DNA of 64,000 nt. Origin: an uncultured Ginsengibacter sp. GTDB taxonomy: Bacteria > Bacteroidota > Bacteroidia > Chitinophagales > Chitinophagaceae. The stretch spans positions 21,649 through 85,648 of the forward strand of contig CAZVKO010000067.1 in assembly GCA_964627765.1 (NCBI GenBank), read 5' to 3'. The translations under genes were made by a program, and so were the position numbers. This document shows positions 58,658-64,000 of the stretch, one piece after another. Numbering within the stretch: the stretch's first letter is position 1; each line of letters opens with the position of its first letter. The notes below the pieces were generated by a model, which searched no databases, had not been told where the DNA came from, and worked only from the letters and a program-made list of their open reading frames with translations.

Positions 58658-59596
58658 ATGAGCAACAATTTCACCAGGGGGAAACTATTTATTATCGGCG
58701 CCGGGCCCGGCGATCCGGAATTATTAACGGTAAAGGCTACACGATATTTAGCCGGCGCTGACGTAGTGCTTACCGACCGGCTGGTCAGCAATGCAATTCT
58801 GAAGAACTGTGTAAGCAAAAAAGCAGAGATTGTATTTGTCGGCAAGCAGTGCAGCAAAGGTATTTCCACCCCGCAGCAAACCATCAATGAGCTGATCCTT
58901 CACTATTGTTTCCTTGATAAAACTGTGGTGAGATTAAAAGGCGGCGATGTATCTGTATTTTCCAACATACTGGATGAGCTGGAAACTGCGGTAAATAATC
59001 ATATACCCTATGAGATCATCCCGGGCATTACTGCTGCTTCGGGCGCTGCAGCTTATACCGGCATACCGCTTACCGCACGGGGTTATGCCACCTCGGTACG
59101 GTTTCTTACTTATTACAAATCCGGCATGGTAAGTGAAGATTATTGGAAAGAACTATCTGCTACCAATGACACGCTGGTATTTTACATGTCGTCCGAAACA
59201 CTGGATACCCTGGTAGAAAAATTAGTCGCCAACAATATTCATGAAGATAAGCTGATGGCTATTATAGAGCAGGCCACTACCCCGCTGCAGCGCGTGCATG
59301 TTCATAATCTTTATAATTATAAGAATAAAAACACCGGCAAAAAATATATCTCGCCTTCATTGGTCATTATCGGTAAAGTAGTAGCGCTCCGGGAACAATT
59401 TGCATGGCTTACCAACAGCAATAAAAATGAATGTTATTTCAACGATATCCAAATAAACAGGGTGTATTTCAAATTATCCCCGGTTGGTGAGGACACTAAC
59501 CGGGGCGGCCCGCCGTGGGCGGTGTCTCCACCGCCCACAAGCAGCACAGCAATGAATGCTATTTCGAACCGATATCCATACAAACAGCTTCATTAA
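58658..59596 (+). CDS. cobA: uroporphyrinogen-III C-methyltransferase (SUMT) with an atypical ~60-aa C-terminal tail
   Basis: GKLFIIGAGPGDPELLTVKA, RLKGGD, and PGITAASGAAAY. The start is taken at the ATG at 58658 (M17 of the track ORF). The tail from about 59410 onward is encoded by a duplicated, hairpin-rich segment. Confidence 0.82.
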   Translation: MSNNFTRGKLFIIGAGPGDPELLTVKATRYLAGADVVLTDRLVSNAILKNCVSKKAEIVFVGKQCSKGISTPQQTINELILHYCFLDKTVVRLKGGDVSVFSNILDELETAVNNHIPYEIIPGITAASGAAAYTGIPLTARGYATSVRFLTYYKSGMVSEDYWKELSATNDTLVFYMSSETLDTLVEKLVANNIHEDKLMAIIEQATTPLQRVHVHNLYNYKNKNTGKKYISPSLVIIGKVVALREQFAWLTNSNKNECYFNDIQINRVYFKLSPVGEDTNRGGPPWAVSPPPTSSTAMNAISNRYPYKQLH

Positions 59597-59617
59597 ATAA
59601 CTCCGAAAAATTGCAGA

Positions 59618-61312
59618 ATGTTAGTTGAGAATAAATTAAATGCATTACAGAAATTAATCGATAGCCTTACCGATGAGGAACTGGTTTGGGTAAATGGTTA
59701 TTTAAACGGAATTGTTACCGCAAAAAATATTTCTGAAAAAGTTCCGCAAATAAATGCTACCACAAAAATTACCATTGTCTACGGAACAGAGACCGGCAAC
59801 TCAAAAAAACTGGCCACCGAGTTTGCCGCAAAAGCAAAAAAACACGGCATTCATGCAAAAGTGCAAAGCATGGATCAATATCGCCTGAATGATCTCGCCA
59901 GGGAAGAATATTTTCTTGTAATAATGAGCACCCATGGCGACGGTGAACCGCCCGCCGCTGCAAAAAAATTTTACAACCATATACACAACAACGGATTTCG
60001 TCTTGATAAATTAAAATATGGCGTACTGGCTCTGGGCGATACTTCCTATCCTCTTTTTTGCAAGGCCGGGGAGGATGTTGACGAGCAGTTGAACCACCTC
60101 GGGGGTGAGCGCCTGCACCCGCTTCAAAAATGTGATGTGGATTATGAAGCAGATGCGGTAAACTGGTTTGATTCTATTTGCAAGATCCTTAACCATACCT
60201 CACCCGGAAGCCCTGGAATTGTTACCGCGATACCTGCAGTAAAAAAAACCGGGAGCAGAACGCTGCACAATGGCAAAGTGCTTGCCCACATTAATCTCAA
60301 TGATCACGGAAGCAATAAAGAGACTTACCACATCGAACTGGAAGCAATAGACGCAATATACGCCCCGGGCGATTCTATCGGTATTGTTCCCGAAAATAAC
60401 AGGCAGGTTGTTAAAGAGATTATCTCACGGTCAGGCATAGACGAAAATACTACCCTGCATCATAAAGATGAGTTATATACGGTAGCAGAATTGCTGCACA
60501 AAAAGCTCAACATCGTTTATCTGCCCGAAAGAGTAGTAAAAAAATATGCATCTATATGCGGGATTGAATTTGACCACAGGCGCTACGATCTCATTGAGCT
60601 GCTGATGAAATATCCGCTGCGGGATAAAAGTCAATTCATTGAAGTAATTAAGGTACTCGAACCCATTGCCCCGAGGCTGTATTCTATAGCATCTTCGCCT
60701 GAAGCTCATCCGGGAGAGGTGCATATTACAGTAGCAAAAAATACCTTCACTGTAAATAATGAAAAAAAATCAGGCCTTGCTTCCGGTTTCCTCTCGGCAT
60801 TTGAAACCGGGGAATCTTTACAATACTATATTCATCCCAACTATTGCTTCCGTTTACCGGAACCGGATAAAAACATTATCCTGATCGGACCCGGTACCGG
60901 TATTGCTCCTTTCCGGGCATTTATTGCCGAGCGCGATGCGACAGGCGCATCAGGAAAAACATGGTTGTTTTTTGGCGAACAGCATTTTGTTACTGACTTT
61001 TTGTACCAGAGCGAAATACAAAACTGGTTTGAGACCGGAGCGCTCACCAGAGTGACTACCGCTTTCTCCCGCGATCAGCAGGAAAAAATATATGTTCAGC
61101 ATAAAATGCTGCAGCAGGGCGCCGAATTTTTTGAATGGCTCGAAACGGGCGCCTACGTGTACGTGTGCGGCGCAAAGGAGCCCATGAGCATAGATGTTGA
61201 AAAAATGATACTGCACATTATCGAAAAGTTTGGCGATCGCACAGAACCCGAGGCATCCAAATATTTAGACAACCTGAAAGAAGATGGCCGGTACATAACG
61301 GATGTATATTAA
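59618..61312 (+). CDS. cysJ: sulfite reductase (NADPH) flavoprotein alpha component
   Basis: Flavodoxin-like ITIVYGTETGNSKKLA, FAD-binding RLYSIASS, NADPH-binding GPGTGIAPFRAF, and a C-terminal ...YITDVY. Confidence 0.88.
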   Translation: MLVENKLNALQKLIDSLTDEELVWVNGYLNGIVTAKNISEKVPQINATTKITIVYGTETGNSKKLATEFAAKAKKHGIHAKVQSMDQYRLNDLAREEYFLVIMSTHGDGEPPAAAKKFYNHIHNNGFRLDKLKYGVLALGDTSYPLFCKAGEDVDEQLNHLGGERLHPLQKCDVDYEADAVNWFDSICKILNHTSPGSPGIVTAIPAVKKTGSRTLHNGKVLAHINLNDHGSNKETYHIELEAIDAIYAPGDSIGIVPENNRQVVKEIISRSGIDENTTLHHKDELYTVAELLHKKLNIVYLPERVVKKYASICGIEFDHRRYDLIELLMKYPLRDKSQFIEVIKVLEPIAPRLYSIASSPEAHPGEVHITVAKNTFTVNNEKKSGLASGFLSAFETGESLQYYIHPNYCFRLPEPDKNIILIGPGTGIAPFRAFIAERDATGASGKTWLFFGEQHFVTDFLYQSEIQNWFETGALTRVTTAFSRDQQEKIYVQHKMLQQGAEFFEWLETGAYVYVCGAKEPMSIDVEKMILHIIEKFGDRTEPEASKYLDNLKEDGRYITDVY

Positions 61313-61333
61313 TTATAAAACTAACGGTAACGA

Positions 61334-62992
61334 ATGAGCGAAAATTTATCACCCACGGAAAAAATAAAAGCACAAAGCAACGGCCTTCGCGGAACGATAG
61401 CGGAAAGCCTGCAGGATGAACTAACCGGTGCACTTCGCGAAGACGATCAGTCGCTGATAAAATTTCATGGCATGTACCAGCAGGATAACCGCGACCGCCG
61501 TGAGGAACGCGCCGAAAAGAAACTGGAAAGGTTGTTTTCATTCATGATAAGGCTCCGGCTTCCGGGGGGCTTCCTCTCTTCCAAACAATGGATCGCCGTG
61601 AACGAAATAGCAGGAGAAAATTCTACCGGAGTCATTAAAATTACCACGCGGCAAACCATTCAGCTGCATGGAATTCTGAAATCCGTAATAAAACCAACGA
61701 TTCAACAATTTAACCAGGCAAAATTAGATTCCATCGCTACCTGCGGAGATATCAACCGGAATGTATTGTGCAGCGCTCATCCCAAACAGTCACGCATACA
61801 CGAAGAAATATTTTCGTATGCTGACAAGATCAGCACCTTATTAAGACCCAAAACCCGTGCATATTATGAAATATGGCTGGACGAAGAAAAGATTGCTGAC
61901 AAAAGCGAAGAAGAAGATCCCTTATACCAGGACCGGTATTTGCCACGTAAATTCAAAATAGCTATTGCCATCCCTCCGAATAATGACATCGATGTTTTTA
62001 CCAACGATATTGGCCTGATAGCCATTGTTGAAAAAGATAAGTTAACCGGCTTCAATATTGCTGTTGGAGGGGGCCTCTCCACTACGCCCGGCAATCCGCA
62101 GACCTATGCAAGGCTGGGTACAGTAATTGGCTTTGCAGATTCGGAAGAAAAGACTTTAAAAGCAGTTTATGAAATACTCACGGTGCAAAGAGATTTTGGC
62201 GACAGAAGTGACCGGAAGCAGGCCCGGCTGAAATATACTGTAGACAGGATGGGGATTGATAAATTTAAGGAAGAGCTCGAAAAAAGGGCAGGCTTTAAAC
62301 TTCTTCCCGCCAGGCCCTGTATATTTAATGACAGAACCGATTATTACGGCTGGCAGAAAAATCACGAAGACAAATGGTATTATACCCCCTATATCGAAAA
62401 CGGCCGTGTGACGGATGATAACAAAGTCTTACTAAAATCCGCATTGCTGGCAGTTGCAAAAACAGGCAAAGCCAACTTTCGTTTTACCGGGAATCAAAAT
62501 GTGATTATCGCCGATGTATCGGCGGAAAATAAATCGGTAATAAATAAAATTCTTGACGAATACAAGATTATACAACATACCGATAATGCATCTGCGGTGC
62601 GAAAAAATTCAATGGCGTGTGTGGCGCTGCCCACCTGCCCGTTGGCACTTGCCGAAGCCCAGAGATATATGCCATCTTTACTTGATAAAATAGAATTGTT
62701 ATTGGTAAAAAATGATTTGCAGCATGAAAATATAATTATACGTATGACCGGCTGCCCCAACGGTTGCGCACGATCTTATAATGCTGAAATAGGTTTCGTC
62801 GGCACCGCCCCGGGGAAATACAATTTGCATTTGGGAGGAGATCATATCGGGCTCCGGCTCAACAGGATTTACAGGGAAAACTTAGAGGAAGCAGAGATAC
62901 TGGAAGAACTGGATAATAAGTTTACTGAATTTAAAAAGGAAAGAAAGCCCGGTGAATCATTTGGAGATTATTCATTCAGGAAATTTTTTTAA
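61334..62992 (+). CDS. cysI: sulfite reductase hemoprotein beta component
   Basis: The siroheme/[4Fe-4S] Cys cluster is seen in CVALPTCPLA and TGCPNGCARS. Length 552 aa. Confidence 0.92.
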   Translation: MSENLSPTEKIKAQSNGLRGTIAESLQDELTGALREDDQSLIKFHGMYQQDNRDRREERAEKKLERLFSFMIRLRLPGGFLSSKQWIAVNEIAGENSTGVIKITTRQTIQLHGILKSVIKPTIQQFNQAKLDSIATCGDINRNVLCSAHPKQSRIHEEIFSYADKISTLLRPKTRAYYEIWLDEEKIADKSEEEDPLYQDRYLPRKFKIAIAIPPNNDIDVFTNDIGLIAIVEKDKLTGFNIAVGGGLSTTPGNPQTYARLGTVIGFADSEEKTLKAVYEILTVQRDFGDRSDRKQARLKYTVDRMGIDKFKEELEKRAGFKLLPARPCIFNDRTDYYGWQKNHEDKWYYTPYIENGRVTDDNKVLLKSALLAVAKTGKANFRFTGNQNVIIADVSAENKSVINKILDEYKIIQHTDNASAVRKNSMACVALPTCPLALAEAQRYMPSLLDKIELLLVKNDLQHENIIIRMTGCPNGCARSYNAEIGFVGTAPGKYNLHLGGDHIGLRLNRIYRENLEEAEILEELDNKFTEFKKERKPGESFGDYSFRKFF

Positions 62993-63030
62993 AAATATTA
63001 TTTTTCGTTTAACCGTACCTGTTATGTAAA

Positions 63031-64000
63031 ATGCACCCCATGAATGAAGCTGTAATTAAAACCGACAATCAATTATTCCCTGTTTTTCTGAAAATAGAGA
63101 ACCTGCGGGTTTTGATTATTGGCGGAGGAAATGTGGCGCTGGAAAAGTTAAATACCATTCTGCAAAATTGCCCGACAACCGCCCTGCATATTGTTGGTAT
63201 CACCGTACATGAAAAAATATACCAGATCGCCGGTGAATTTTTAAACATAAAAATTGATGAAAGAGCCTACCATTTGGATGATCTTGACCAATGTGATATT
63301 ATAATTGCTGCAGTAAATAATATTGAAACAAGCGAGCAAATATGCAATGATGCACATAGCAAAAGCAAACTGGTAAATGTGGCGGACAAACCGGAACTTT
63401 GCGATTTTTATTTAAGCTCGGTAGTAAAAAAGGGAGATCTTAAAATTGCCATTTCCACTAACGGCAAATCGCCTACCATAGCCAAACGTATCAAAGATGA
63501 ATTAAATGAAGTAATGCCCGATGAGATCGACAATGTGCTGCAAAACATGCATGCAATAAGAAATGAATTGCGGGGAGATTTTACATCGAAGGTAAAACAC
63601 CTGAATAATATCACCAGTGTGCTCGCTGCAAAAAGCATGGATCAAAAAACAACCGGCAAACAAATCACAAGGCAATGGCAAAAGATTGTCGGGTGGTGCC
63701 TGCTGGCATTCTTCTTCATGATATTGGGGCATACCATTTTATCATTCGTTCCCTTTCATGAGCTAATAGACCGCGTCAGGACGATTCCTGATTATGTAGC
63801 AATCAAACCTTTTGTACTCATGTTCATTACCGGCTTCATTGCTCAGATGGTGGATGGCTCCCTGGGAATGGGTTATGGTACCATATCTACCACCTTCTTA
63901 CTGGCCTATGGGGTGAATCCCGCTATTGTAAGCAGCCGGGTACACTCTGCCCGTGTGTTCTCCAGCGGCGTATCGGGCTATAGCCATCATCGCTTCGGCA
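63031..64000 (+). CDS. fusion of a SirC/CysG-N-like precorrin-2 dehydrogenase/sirohydrochlorin ferrochelatase domain to a TSUP (TauE/SafE) membrane transporter domain; the 3' end is outside the window
   Basis: Absent from the track because the ORF is open-ended. I translated every codon from the ATG at 63031 to 64000 and found no stop. The N-terminal part is LFPVFLKIENLRVLIIGGGNVALEKL...VNVADKPELCDFYLSSVV..ISTNGKSPTIAKRIK (SirC-like). From about 63690 the TM helices begin, with the TSUP signature GFIAQMVDGSLGMGYGTISTTFLL. Confidence 0.8.
   Translation, partial: MHPMNEAVIKTDNQLFPVFLKIENLRVLIIGGGNVALEKLNTILQNCPTTALHIVGITVHEKIYQIAGEFLNIKIDERAYHLDDLDQCDIIIAAVNNIETSEQICNDAHSKSKLVNVADKPELCDFYLSSVVKKGDLKIAISTNGKSPTIAKRIKDELNEVMPDEIDNVLQNMHAIRNELRGDFTSKVKHLNNITSVLAAKSMDQKTTGKQITRQWQKIVGWCLLAFFFMILGHTILSFVPFHELIDRVRTIPDYVAIKPFVLMFITGFIAQMVDGSLGMGYGTISTTFLLAYGVNPAIVSSRVHSARVFSSGVSGYSHHRFG

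Noticed and set aside
1-64000. tRNA, rRNA, tmRNA or other canonical RNA genes
   Set aside because: Scanning the intergenic regions by eye, I found no GTTCGAATC-type T-loop contexts, acceptor-stem pairs or rRNA-like segments. All gaps of 150 bp or more look like promoter, terminator or leader regions.

Overview
The window looks like a chromosomal segment from a Bacteroidota-type genome. The evidence is a fused ccoNO, TAnnTTTG-type promoter boxes, DUF6089 and TonB-receptor content, and little Shine-Dalgarno usage. This taxonomic call is inference only. No rRNA, tRNA, CRISPR array, transposase or integrase was seen. The ORF track omits two ORFs that run off the window edges, and I recovered both by hand: a fused cbb3 oxidase CcoN-CcoO (1-2008, minus) and a SirC-like::TSUP/TauE fusion (63031-64000, plus). 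I also found a 56-aa ccoS (2030-2200) that falls below the track's size cutoff. Gene content from left to right: (1) ccoI-ccoS-ccoNO. (2) A class III aminotransferase. (3) A four-gene putative synthase-dependent exopolysaccharide locus: a DUF1624 acyltransferase, a clan GH-A-like hydrolase, a ~1230-aa GT2 synthase with fused GH26-like and GH-A-like domains, and a DUF6089 outer-membrane barrel. (4) Hypothetical envelope proteins. (5) A class III cyclase-TPR protein. (6) Tandem AhpD-like genes. (7) An intact but isolated contractile-tail sheath gene. (8) Lipid and beta-lactamase-fold enzymes. (9) A Cys/Met PLP enzyme. (10) An ArsR-SRPBCC-VOC stress cluster. (11) Two decayed genes, a truncated Crp/Fnr and a frameshifted MDR oxidoreductase. 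(12) A histidine phosphatase. (13) A TonB receptor plus beta-helix lipoprotein pair. (14) nhaA. (15) A porin-amt pair. (16) gltBD. (17) A nitroreductase-DoxX-dioxygenase trio. (18) A complete APS-type sulfate assimilation operon, cysH-cysD-cysN-cobA-cysJ-cysI-sirC::TSUP. The best candidates for something undescribed are the fused GT2 mega-synthase locus, the orphan sheath gene, the SirC::TSUP fusion, and several structured non-coding elements. Those elements are a hairpin triplet at 30965-31106, a GC-rich double hairpin flanked by a ~35-bp duplication inside the cobA 3' end, a CTACT-N5-AGTAGACTAATA motif found at two cys-operon sites, and SD/anti-SD hairpins before cysN. All family assignments come from motif recognition by eye, and no database search was run.
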